A DNA stretch of 64,000 nt from Cyanidioschyzon merolae (Eukaryota), in NCBI GenBank assembly GCA_000091205.1, contig AP006496.2. One strand, 5' to 3'. The position numbers were made by a program, and so were the translations under genes. A model generated the notes under the pieces. The model was not told the DNA's origin and searched no databases. It saw only the letters and a program-made list of their open reading frames with translations. Each line of letters starts with the position of its first letter. Positions within the stretch are counted from its first letter, which is position 1. Of the stretch, positions 19,418 to 28,479 are shown piece by piece.

Positions 19418-20938
19418 TCACGAAAACTCATCAGCATTCACGTGCATCTGTATGGCACAGAGATCCTCGCTCAACTCGCACACCTCGACGAGGCCAAGAA
19501 ACCCATCATCATTCACAGGGGTCGCGCGTTCCCACTGCTTTGCTCCCCCGTACTGCACCTCCGCCGCAGTCACCAAATCGTAGAGCAACGCGTCTTCTGA
19601 CCCAGAGCAGGCCTCGACGATAGTGAGCGCTTCGAGCGCAGCTCGATCAAGCGCGTCTTCAGCTCCGGTTGCACTAGCAGCTTCTGCAGCGCAGCTGGGC
19701 CCAAGCACGACAAGCGGGAGCGCATGCAGCTCGGAACGCCAGTTTGCACACTCCGGATCAAGACACTTCTGAAACATTACGCTCTGATTCAGATCAACAA
19801 CATAGATCACATGATTCGATTGGTGCTGCCGACGAACGCGTGCGCAGTAGCGATGATTCGCCATCGAAAGTAGCAGCGTGCGTGAGGAGGCGAAGTACAT
19901 CCAGTTCCGGATACGGGGCCACGTGGAGGTATCCTTCGAGCGCGCATACTCGATGACATAGTCTTCAATTGCTGGAAAAAGAGAGCGAAGACGGCCTGGT
20001 TCCAGACCAGAAACCGGCATTGGTGCACTCGGCGTATGCTTCGCAGAGTGCACGGGCGGGGCAGTGCCGCCCGTCCGCGGCAGCGGCAGCTCGAGCGAGC
20101 ACGACGTTTCATAAAATGCATTCGTCAGCATTGCAGTGCGGAGAACTTGGGCCCGCTGCTCCTCGGTGGACAAGGCACACAATATCGAGCCCATCCATCT
20201 TGCGGTCGGCTCGAAAACCTTATCGCGTCCAAACTTTTGAGAATACGGTAGTCGAAAGCACCGATTCCGCGAGTAAACACTGATATCAATGAAACCCTCT
20301 GGCAGCTCGTTCTCAAGCCGCGGAAGAACTCTGGTCCTCACAAAACAGCCAACAGCCATGTTATCATGCAGCAAAACTCCGGGAAATATCAGGTGCCGTG
20401 AGTACTTCGCCGGTATGCTAGAGTCCAGTTCCAGAACCTCGAGAAACCGACTCCCAACGTCCGCGCCTGCGCACTCTCGCACAGCCTCTCGGACAACTCG
20501 AACGAGACGCTCAACCGCAGCATCAAGCTGCTGAACAACTCGGCTGCGGTGCTCGTCCGCCCAGTCCGGGCAAAGGCGTTGTTCCAGGTCAAAGAAGAGC
20601 TTGCACGCGAAGCCCTCTCTGAGTACTTCGCTGAAGCAACGCGGAACGTAACGCCAGCTCTTGTAAAGAAACGAGTCGAGCGTGCCGACGAAGTAGTCCC
20701 GTCTGCCCGTTGCGTCTAGCTCACGAGCGAAAACAAACAGAGCCTCCGTGAGGCCAGAGTGCCGCAGCGCCCGCTCACGTTCCTCCGAAAAAGCTAGTGC
20801 GGAACTTTGCACTTCAAAGTGCCGGAAAAGTGCACGAGCGCTCCCGGTGCTCTGATTGCGCGCTTGGCTCAGGAGTCGGGCTTGGTTCGTCGGTGTGAAA
20901 TCCCTCCCATAAAACGTATACGTAGAAACGCCCGACAT
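19418..20938 (-). CDS. PrimPol-type primase-polymerase (archaeo-eukaryotic primase superfamily) with a UL52-like zinc finger
   Basis: ATG start. AEP motif I is DxE in KLFFDLEQ, motif II is SxH in YSRHLIFPGV, and motif III is IDISVYSRNRCFRLPYSQKFG. The C-terminal C-H-C-C finger reads YCARVRRQHQSNHV...FQKCLDPEC. Confidence 0.8.
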   Translation of the reverse strand: MSGVSTYTFYGRDFTPTNQARLLSQARNQSTGSARALFRHFEVQSSALAFSEERERALRHSGLTEALFVFARELDATGRRDYFVGTLDSFLYKSWRYVPRCFSEVLREGFACKLFFDLEQRLCPDWADEHRSRVVQQLDAAVERLVRVVREAVRECAGADVGSRFLEVLELDSSIPAKYSRHLIFPGVLLHDNMAVGCFVRTRVLPRLENELPEGFIDISVYSRNRCFRLPYSQKFGRDKVFEPTARWMGSILCALSTEEQRAQVLRTAMLTNAFYETSCSLELPLPRTGGTAPPVHSAKHTPSAPMPVSGLEPGRLRSLFPAIEDYVIEYARSKDTSTWPRIRNWMYFASSRTLLLSMANHRYCARVRRQHQSNHVIYVVDLNQSVMFQKCLDPECANWRSELHALPLVVLGPSCAAEAASATGAEDALDRAALEALTIVEACSGSEDALLYDLVTAAEVQYGGAKQWERATPVNDDGFLGLVEVCELSEDLCAIQMHVNADEFS

Positions 20939-21064
20939 GGGCGTTGTATTAGTCGCTTGTATCCACCCAGCGAAGCAACCGTTGGGAAGCGCGCGAAAAC
21001 AGCGCGCATGGAGATTTTTGCTAAGTCTTTATATACTGATTCGCGAATTGACTCATTCGATTTC

Positions 21065-21148
21065 GGGGGGCTGGCGCAACGGTAGCGCGTTTGACTCCAG
21101 TCCGCAGTGGCGATCAAAAGGTTATCGGTTCAAATCCGGTGTCCCTCA
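21065..21148 (+). tRNA. tRNA-Trp (anticodon CCA) with a 12-nt intron one nucleotide 3' of the anticodon
   Basis: Manual cloverleaf. Acceptor GGGGGGC (21065-21071) pairs with GTCCCTC (21141-21147, two G:U pairs). D-stem GCGC/GCGC with loop AACGGTA. Anticodon stem TTTGA (21090-94) pairs with TCAAA (21114-18), and the loop is CU-CCA-G with an intron tccgcagtggcg (21101-21112) at the canonical 37/38 position. Variable loop AGGTT. T-arm ATCGG-TTCAAAT-CCGGT. Discriminator A; no encoded CCA. Confidence 0.6.
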
Positions 21149-22678
21149 CATTTTGCAAGCTCGTGCCGCTTTGGCACTAGAGGTACTGCACTACGCAGCA
21201 AGACGCTCGGGGACACTTCCTGCGGTTCGCAGCCTCAGAGCTGTGTACCGCGCATACTGCACTCAATGGAGTTGTTAGCGGGGGCGACTAACGCTCCAGA
21301 GGTTGCTTTCGTTGCTACGGTCTAGGCTTGCTGAAACTGACCAGACTCGCTCGGGTGCGCGAACGTTACCAGCGGTCAGTTTAGAAACAGTCGTTTCGCT
21401 GCGGACGCTTGGACCTTCCGCCAGCCACGGTACTGTGAAATGCCCACGGCATAGAGGCTTGTTCGACCCAGTGAACAACCGGGAGCCAAGCTATCTTAGG
21501 CACCTGCTTCAATGTTGTTGCGTAGAGCCTGACTCCTCCGGTTGTGCGAGAGCAGCCAATAACTAGTGGAGGGAGCAGCTCTGCTCTCCAGATGCGTCTG
21601 CGTTCCAGTGGCCCAAAACTTTTCTTTCCATTGGGGCATGGTTTTCAATCGATCCAGCGGCATGTGTCCGTATAGCGCCGCGTCTACCGATACTACTTGC
21701 TCCGAGGTTGGATGCGACGCCACCACGGTGACCGCACTGGAACAGAGCAGCCCCGCCGTGCCATTGCGGGTGTCGGGCCGAAGCTCTTAAACCAAATGCC
21801 CTCGGGCAGAATCCGCAGGGCCCCTGGATCTGCAAGAATGCTGAAGGGAAACGCACTCGCGAGGCCGCTTCGACGGCAGCGCGGCAAGCGACTCGGACAT
21901 GACGTCGAGTGGCCAGCCTTCAGTGACGCGCCCTGTCCGTGGCTGGGTATCCAACGCGGCAGCGCCAACCCTGCAAACCCCGGACAGCGCTCGGGTAGCA
22001 CACGCGTCACTGTGATTCTACGTATGTATCCAAATGCGCTCGGGGTTGCCAAAACCCGCAATATCCATCCGCGCTCGGTAACACGGCTGCATCGAAACGC
22101 GCGCGTTGCCTAGTCCTGAATCTTTGAAACACCTGAACCTCGTCGCGGGCTGAGAGCTAATGAAAGCGCCGCGCAACGCCTAGGAACTTGTTCCCCATTC
22201 TGACTTTCGGTATTTAGTGTGTGCTGCTCCACCCCGGGGCCGCTGTACACAACCATCCTTTCTGTCCAGCCGAAGACGCATTGCCTTCGATGTGATCGCA
22301 ATAAAGCACTGGAATACAAAGGGAAAGCAGCAGCAGCAGCAGATGATGGTGACCGTGTTCAACGTCTAACAAAGTTTCCTCATGCCTTTACTGGAGCTTT
22401 CACTGCACACGGCGAGGGATATGTGGGCGCCCCGTCAGCGTGCCCGTCTGGCTCAGCTACTAGCCCTCGCACGGGACGCATGATACCGTTGGAGTTTAGA
22501 TCGACGCTACACCATTGCAATGCAGCAACAGCCGCTGTCTATTACACTGAAATTTACCTGGTCTCAAAACCGTATCCCACTTTCCGCACGATGGACATAT
22601 ACTACAAGCGCGTTTCTGGTAGCCGTATATTTGACAAGGGTGCTTTCCTGGCACGAAAAAAAGTAATGAACAGAGTTC

Positions 22679-23167
22679 TCAAGCTGTGCAGTTCGTTGAA
22701 CTGCCAGAGCCCGACGGATCCTCGCGCAGATGACCAACTACTTCGTATTTTTGGAGAAACTTCTCAAACCACTGGTACAGCGTCTCTTTTTCGTGCTCCG
22801 TCAAATCATCAATAGCGCCACAGACTTCGCCAGGTTCCGTGCTCATCTTTGCGAGTCCTCTGCTCGCGTTCTTCCCAGCAAAGACAAAGTACGGCCCACC
22901 GGGCCCATAAAAAGACCTCGCATCGGAGACGTCGAAAACTTCAGCCCGCGCCCCAGGCCGTGGCTGTACGGCCACGTAGATCGGCTGCCCTTTTGTTCCG
23001 TTGTACTGAGCAAGCTCTTCGCCAGTGAACGCCCTCGGTGCCGGCCGTTCATGGTGCCGTGGCGGCGGCTGCACTGCAGGGTTCTCAACGTGGTTACCCA
23101 TCAAGCGAAGCGCACCCAGCACGAATACACCGCCACCCAAAAGTAACCAGAGTCCAACTGCATCCAT
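22679..23167 (-). CDS. membrane-associated progesterone receptor component (PGRMC/Dap1)-like cytochrome b5 heme/steroid-binding domain protein
   Basis: The first ATG is residue 47 of track ORF 22679..23305 (MDAVGLWLLLGGGVFVLGALRL = N-terminal TM). The MAPR domain reads FTGEELAQYNGTKGQPIYVAV...VFDVS...FYGPGGPYFVFAGKNASRGLA. The 46 codons upstream of the ATG are translation of the transposon 3' flank. Confidence 0.8.
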   Translation of the reverse strand: MDAVGLWLLLGGGVFVLGALRLMGNHVENPAVQPPPRHHERPAPRAFTGEELAQYNGTKGQPIYVAVQPRPGARAEVFDVSDARSFYGPGGPYFVFAGKNASRGLAKMSTEPGEVCGAIDDLTEHEKETLYQWFEKFLQKYEVVGHLREDPSGSGSSTNCTA

Positions 23168-23222
23168 GATAGCGTCGAAGCGTTCACCAAACGCCGTTCT
23201 AAAGTAGAACGACGCCGACCGT

Positions 23223-24395
23223 TTACAGTAGAGGAGAGAAACCCGCCCTAGACAAGAAGTCTCCAACTGATGTGCAGACGCCTCCCGTCTTTTTCGACGG
23301 GTCACCCACTACTGCTTCCAACTTCTTCTCATATAGGTCGACTTTGAGAGGTTGTCCAATAAAGTTCATTGTTGTTGACTCTGGAGGTCTCTTCTCCAGC
23401 ACCGCACATCTCCTTACATTGATGGCGGCGTTTAAGTCCCGGTTCACGAATTCCATACGTTTCGTCCCGTTGATTGTACTTACTAATGGAAGGAGTCCAC
23501 GAACTTTCGCCCTCCTTTCCATTTGCTCCTCTGCCAGCTGTCCGTACTTTGCTATTTCCTCGGGGCTCCGTTGGCACTTTTCCATCGCCACTCTCTGAAG
23601 TGTGCAACCCAGCTCGTGGTGTGTGTACGATGTTCGAAACTCATCTATAGGTATCGTGACGAAACGCCTTGCGCACTCCTTGTACGCTCTCGTCGTTGGA
23701 GCTGGTGTACACCCTTTTTGGGTCTTCCATCGCCTTGCTCCGTACGCTACTACGAGCCCTTGACGGTCGTCCTCCTTCAAGGCGCTCAACTGGTTGAAAG
23801 AATTCGCGAACGCCCGCCGCTTACCACAATACAAATTCATTCGCAAACGAGCCCACCGGGACTTGGTATACTCATCCCACAGTGCATCCCAATGAGCAAC
23901 GCGAAATTCTATGAACTCCCGAAGAGCTTTAAAGTCCGCTCCGCGGCTCGTCACCTCGCTCAAAGTTTCCAGGCGATCCTTCATTCCTGCATTCCATGTC
24001 TCGATTTTCTTCCTTGCATTCACTATATCGGATTCTCGATAGTATATTGCTCTCGAGAATCTCAACAGATGCACGTCTTTCTGACGTAAGTTGCCGTCAG
24101 TACCATCTTCCTCACGCTTCGGTGCTACGATGGTTATGATATTGGTATTCCCAGGGTCCGCGCCAACGACAAAGTCGCTATCCCGCACTTTCTGCGTCGC
24201 AGGTTCCGCCTCCTTCTTCTCTTCATGCTTCGCCGCGTAAACGATAACGTGGTTATCCTGCACTTTCTGCGTCGCAGGATCCGCCGTCTTCTTATCTTCA
24301 TCCTTCCTCACGGACGAAGCCGAAGGCGGGACTGAACGATCTGCCTTCAACCGTCGATAGTGTACACACATGGCTACTCCATCGGGTTCGATCAT
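23223..24395 (-). CDS. TnpB/Fanzor-like RuvC-fold (OMEGA-type) nuclease, intact 390-aa copy
   Basis: Track ORF 23223..24422 starts at GTG; the first ATG is residue 10 (24393-24395). Motifs (track numbering): [16 protein letters not shown] at 84-99 is RuvC-I-like GxDxGxx[23 protein letters not shown] at 245-266 matches the TnpB bridge L.YKAE..G..V..V.P.YTSQ preceding the zinc finger. The finger itself is degenerate (HH...C...C instead of CxxC...CxxC). [16 protein letters not shown] at 326-341 is the RuvC-III hallmark D.NAA.NI. A candidate RuvC-II acidic cluster is LKEDD (215-219). Confidence 0.7.
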   Translation of the reverse strand: MIEPDGVAMCVHYRRLKADRSVPPSASSVRKDEDKKTADPATQKVQDNHVIVYAAKHEEKKEAEPATQKVRDSDFVVGADPGNTNIITIVAPKREEDGTDGNLRQKDVHLLRFSRAIYYRESDIVNARKKIETWNAGMKDRLETLSEVTSRGADFKALREFIEFRVAHWDALWDEYTKSRWARLRMNLYCGKRRAFANSFNQLSALKEDDRQGLVVAYGARRWKTQKGCTPAPTTRAYKECARRFVTIPIDEFRTSYTHHELGCTLQRVAMEKCQRSPEEIAKYGQLAEEQMERRAKVRGLLPLVSTINGTKRMEFVNRDLNAAINVRRCAVLEKRPPESTTMNFIGQPLKVDLYEKKLEAVVGDPSKKTGGVCTSVGDFLSRAGFSPLL

Positions 24396-24477
24396 CCCAG
24401 TGAAAAACTTTTGCTTGATCACTTTGAGAGGTTTGAAATCGAATATATTCTTCCAGTACGTCTTCCGGTTCTTACCG

Positions 24478-25326
24478 GTTAACTTGCGTCAGAAAGACGT
24501 GCATCTGTTGAGATTCTCGAGAGCGATATACTATCGAGAATCCGATATAGTGAATGCAAGGAAGAAAATCGAGACATGGAATGCAGGAATGAAGGATCGC
24601 CTGGAAACTTTGAGCGAGGTGACGAGCCGCGGAGCGGACTTTAAAGCTCTTCGGGAGTTCATAGAATTTCGCGTTGCTCATTGGGATGCACTGTGGGATG
24701 AGTATACCAAGTCCCGGTGGGCTCGTTTGCGAATGAATTTGTATTGTGGTAAGCGGCGGGCGTTCGCGAATTCTTTCAACCAGTTGAGCGCCTTGAAGGA
24801 GGACGACCGTCAAGGGCTCGTAGTAGCGTACGGAGCAGGGCACTGGAAGACCCAAAAAGGGTGTACACCAGCTCCAACGACGAGAGCGTACAAGGAGTGC
24901 GCAAGGCGTTTCGTCACGATACCTATAGATGAGTTTCGAACATCGTACACACACCACGAGCTGGGTTGCACACTTCAGAGAGTGGCGATGGAAAAGTGCC
25001 AACGGAGCCCCGAGGAAATAGCAAAGTACGGACAGCTGGCAGAGGAGCAAATGGAAAGGAGGGCGAAAGTTCGTGGACTCCTTCCATTAGTAAGTACAAT
25101 CAACGGGACGAAACGTATGGAATTCGTGAACCGGGACTTAAACGCCGCCATCAATGTAAGGAGATGTGCGGTGCTGGAGAAGAGACCTCCAGAGTCAACA
25201 ACAATGAACTTTATTGGACAACCTCTCAAAGTCGACCTATATGAGAAGAAGTTGGAAGCAGTAGTGGGTGGCCGGTCCAAAAAGACGGGGAGGCGTCTGC
25301 ACGTCAGTTGGAGACTTTTTGTCTAG
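24478..25326 (+). pseudogene. 5'-truncated inverted copy of the Fanzor/TnpB-like gene
   Basis: It starts at the codon matching residue 111 ([10 protein letters not shown]) of the intact copy and lacks the RuvC-I region. There are point differences (GARRW vs GAGHW) and an indel altering the C-terminal 20 residues. The apparent N-terminus MATPSGS... (24370-24477) is antisense of the intact copy's 5' end. Confidence 0.75.
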
Positions 25327-25634
25327 GGCGGGTTTCTCGCCACTACTGTAAACGGTCGGCGTCGTCCGACTTTAGAACGGCGTTCGGTGTCGGTGGCCCT
25401 TTTACGAGGTTTCTTCCGACGCAACCTCCAGCTTTTGAACAGTTGACCGCGAACCGACACCCGCATCCGTTTTTTTACACAACACAACCTGAGCAAAAAG
25501 TTTGCAGAGAGTCTTACACGTTACGAAAGCGAAATATGTTGGTCCGAGCTACTTGTGCCCTGAAATCCTCGGATAATAAGCAAATACACCACGCATGGAA
25601 AAGTTGAATCTGCGTCTATTCGAACGCACTTTGG

Positions 25635-28343
25635 TTAGACATTTCCCGGGCGAGATTCGGAGCAGGCCCAGATGCGTCCAGTGCTGACATCCTGAAGCAG
25701 CTGTTGAACAGCATGGAGAACACGCGGACTTGTTGCGTGGGCTTGATTGGGACTACCAGCTGCAGCGGTGCTCGCCACGATACCAACCTGGCGCACGATA
25801 TGCTGCAGTCGCACATAGCGCCTCGCAGGGCATGCATCGCGTATAGGGAGCTGGAGCGTCGCAGCGCTTTCCAGAGAGGCCTCCGGTGGAAGCGCTCGCG
25901 CCTGCAGAAAGCGCCGAATCTTTCGTGCACGGGAGAGGATGGCGTCGGGCATCCCGTTCGCGCGGGCACAGGCCAGCGCGTAGGAGTCCAAGCAGGGCGC
26001 CCCTTCAGACAACTTGTACAGCGCGGTCAAGACCACGTCGTCGTTCTGATCTGGAGCATCACCGGTCTGGCGGTTTTCCTGCACGAGCACTTCAAGTTTG
26101 AAGAAGCGCAGCCGCGAGTTCGCGTGAGCTTGCGCGTAGAGTGTCCCGGTCACCTCATGGAAATGGGTCGCAAATAGCACCGTCATTTGCCCCGTGACGT
26201 TGGTTGCCAACTCTGAAAGCACCGCTGCCGCAAGTGCCCTTCCGTCTTCATCGGAAGTGCCTTTGCCGAATTCGTCAACAATAGCGAGCGACCTGGAAGT
26301 GGCGTACCTGAGCGTCTGCGCCATTTGGATGCAATCGTTCATGAATGTTGATGTCTCGCGGCCGGTGGAATCGAAACTCTTCACTCGGGCAAATATCCGG
26401 TCGGTCACGCCGATTCGGGCGCTACGCGCCGGCACGTAGGAGCCAACCTGTGCCATGTGTACAATCAACGCAACTTGGCGCAGAAGCACGCTCTTGCCGC
26501 TTGCGTTTGGCCCTGTGACGACACAGACATCCCCGCGCCTAACAGAGAGACTGTTAGGAACGAAAGAGTCCACGGTGAGCTCTTGAATCGGGTGGCGAGC
26601 GTCGATTACGTCGATGTGACAGGCTGATTCTGCCCCGAGGACTTGTGGACAAGTCCACTCATAGCGCATCGCAGAGAGGGCGAAGCTGAGCCAACAGTCG
26701 ATCTCTGCCAGCAAGTCGCATGTGCGACTAAGCACTGGTATCGTGGGTATCACGGCGGCCTCGAGATCTCGAATGATGCTCTTCTCGAGGTCGTTGATGG
26801 CCCCGGGCAGATCACCGAGCTCCTCATCGAGCTGACGCGTTCTGTCGTTCTTCACATATGCATCAGTATCGGTGTCGAGCGCGTGCTCCAGAGAGGCATC
26901 GGATTCCATCTGGGCAGCGTCTGAGCGGGAGATCTTCATCACATAGCCGAGGCGCGGATGAAACTGTACACAGATCGACCGCTCCGTGGCGGACGACCCA
27001 AAATACCTGCTCTTCTCCGATTGAGCCACGCTCTCGAGAAAACTGTCCAGAGATTCAAGGGCTAATCTCATATTATCAAGGTTTTCATCAAAGCCGGTCT
27101 TGACGGCTGGATTCCAGCCCGACTTGGATCCACTCATGTCGATACATGCCCCGATTCGTGTCGCGACGCTTGTGTACCATTCCGGGTCGAGCACGGGTGT
27201 CAACTCTTGCGCATTTTCTTGCAGAAAAGCGCTTCTCTCGCGCCAAACAGGCAACACGATTTGAACCAAGTCGGAGAATCCATTAAAGAGCCCCGCGACT
27301 GCCACGTTGCATCCGTGGAGCGCTGCCCAGTCTTCCGCAGTCGCTGCGCCCGAAACCAAGCGCCTCCAAAGATTTTGTGGATGATGCACAGCTTTCAGGA
27401 GCTTTCTGAACAATATCATGTCGATGCTGGCCAAGGCGCCGGCCAGGGCCTGAACCACTTCGAGACGCTCTCGAATGCGCGCAGGGTCACAGATTGGCTG
27501 CGTTAGAATCTCGCGGATTTTTCTCTGTCCGGGCGCCGAGGCCCCGAAGCTGCTAATGATCTGGTAAAGCGTGAGCCCGTGTTGATGGACTCGAGCGCCT
27601 GACCTAGGCGCGGAAACCTTGGCCGGTAGGACCCTCAGTTCTCGCAGAAGACTCATCGGCGATATAGCTAATTGCTCCATATAAAAGGGCTCTGCGCGTA
27701 CGGTGTGGATATCAACATCACAGCGCATCGCTAGAAACGACAGCAGCGCCCCTAGGCAGGTCTGCCCGACCGGCCCCTGATCATCCAATGGTGCTCGCCG
27801 GTCCGGAGACGAGCTCCCGCTTACATCTACGCTCAATTGATGCTGAGCGAAGGCGTCTACAGGATTTTGCCACCAGCGAATAGTTTCTTCTATGCGCTGA
27901 GGCGCGACATCATCCGCGGCGAGAAGAACCAGCGGCCCGCCGCCATCAGCGAGTTCGAGGCAATCGCCCAGTCCACCGGAAACGGCGGTGAGTCTTTCAG
28001 CGGGGAAAGCTTCGATTTGCTGGACTTCGCTGCGGTGCATGTCGCGGACAGCCTGTGACGCTACCCGCGTTAGCATCGCCCTGAACTCGTCGATGGCGTT
28101 TGCGGGGGTTAAAATAAGGTTCGGCTCGATCGCTCGAAGGGTGCGCTCGGTTTGCGAAAATGGCGCCGAGTCTCCTATCTCACAAAAGCGTATCACAAGC
28201 GATATCGTCGAGCACCATGCAATGCCAACACGCTGCTTCCGCACCGTCGTCATAAGGAAGATCTCTTCGCCTCCGTCAGTCTCATCGATCAAACTCTGAC
28301 GGGTTGGGGCTCCGCAACCCAGAGAATGCATAGTCGAGCTCAT
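25635..28343 (-). CDS. MutS homolog of the MSH4/MSH5 type (no domain-I mismatch-binding region)
   Basis: ATG start, 902 aa. Walker A is TGPNASGKSVLLRQVAL, Walker B is DEFGKGTSDEDG, the ABC signature region is STFMND, and the C-terminal segment THFHEV is present. The N-terminus begins with a connector-like segment (GIAWCSTISLVIRFCEI) rather than a mismatch-recognition domain. Confidence 0.8.
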   Translation of the reverse strand: MSSTMHSLGCGAPTRQSLIDETDGGEEIFLMTTVRKQRVGIAWCSTISLVIRFCEIGDSAPFSQTERTLRAIEPNLILTPANAIDEFRAMLTRVASQAVRDMHRSEVQQIEAFPAERLTAVSGGLGDCLELADGGGPLVLLAADDVAPQRIEETIRWWQNPVDAFAQHQLSVDVSGSSSPDRRAPLDDQGPVGQTCLGALLSFLAMRCDVDIHTVRAEPFYMEQLAISPMSLLRELRVLPAKVSAPRSGARVHQHGLTLYQIISSFGASAPGQRKIREILTQPICDPARIRERLEVVQALAGALASIDMILFRKLLKAVHHPQNLWRRLVSGAATAEDWAALHGCNVAVAGLFNGFSDLVQIVLPVWRERSAFLQENAQELTPVLDPEWYTSVATRIGACIDMSGSKSGWNPAVKTGFDENLDNMRLALESLDSFLESVAQSEKSRYFGSSATERSICVQFHPRLGYVMKISRSDAAQMESDASLEHALDTDTDAYVKNDRTRQLDEELGDLPGAINDLEKSIIRDLEAAVIPTIPVLSRTCDLLAEIDCWLSFALSAMRYEWTCPQVLGAESACHIDVIDARHPIQELTVDSFVPNSLSVRRGDVCVVTGPNASGKSVLLRQVALIVHMAQVGSYVPARSARIGVTDRIFARVKSFDSTGRETSTFMNDCIQMAQTLRYATSRSLAIVDEFGKGTSDEDGRALAAAVLSELATNVTGQMTVLFATHFHEVTGTLYAQAHANSRLRFFKLEVLVQENRQTGDAPDQNDDVVLTALYKLSEGAPCLDSYALACARANGMPDAILSRARKIRRFLQARALPPEASLESAATLQLPIRDACPARRYVRLQHIVRQVGIVASTAAAGSPNQAHATSPRVLHAVQQLLQDVSTGRIWACSESRPGNV

Positions 28344-28479
28344 CTGTTCGATTACTTACTTTGACTCGCCGCCGACAGTGATCTCGGCTGAGCAAGAACC
28401 GGTAACCCTGCACAGAACCTGGAAAATTCTCGTCACCAACCAGATCAGGGGGCTCCTCTGAGTCCAGCACAAAACGCAC

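Larger units (their letters stand above)
23175..25395. repeat. head-to-head inverted duplication (arms ~23175-24092 and 24478-25395; ~0.38-kb unique spacer 24093-24477) of the Fanzor-like gene plus its 3' flank
   Basis: Identical peptides are encoded on opposite strands (the ORFs at 23523..24089 + and 24472..25050 - share 187/188 residues; 23329..23607 - equals 24966..25244 +). Homology continues past the stop codons to ...ttagaacggcgtt(t/c)ggtg and then diverges. Confidence 0.85.

Noticed and set aside
22322-22345. (GCA)7 and (GCA)5 (14125-14150) microsatellites
   Set aside because: They are real but short and unremarkable, and lie in non-coding or ambiguous sequence.
22679-23305. N-terminal 46 residues of the track ORF for the PGRMC-like gene ([23 protein letters not shown]…)
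   Set aside because: Residue 1 is GTG. The same peptide is encoded by the 3' flank of the other Fanzor copy (25308..), so it is translation of transposon flank. The real start is ATG at 23165-23167.
23640-23700. Treating EFRTS (residue 261) as the RuvC-II glutamate
   Set aside because: In TnpB the P.YTSQ.C motif follows RuvC-II and precedes the zinc ribbon. The preceding YKE matches the YKAE bridge, so the RuvC-II acidic residue is more likely in LKEDD (215-219). The assignment is left tentative.
24370-24477. Apparent N-terminus [23 protein letters not shown]… of the truncated Fanzor copy
   Set aside because: This is the reverse complement of the intact copy's 5' coding end ([18 protein letters not shown]). 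It is antisense read-through, not part of the truncated gene.
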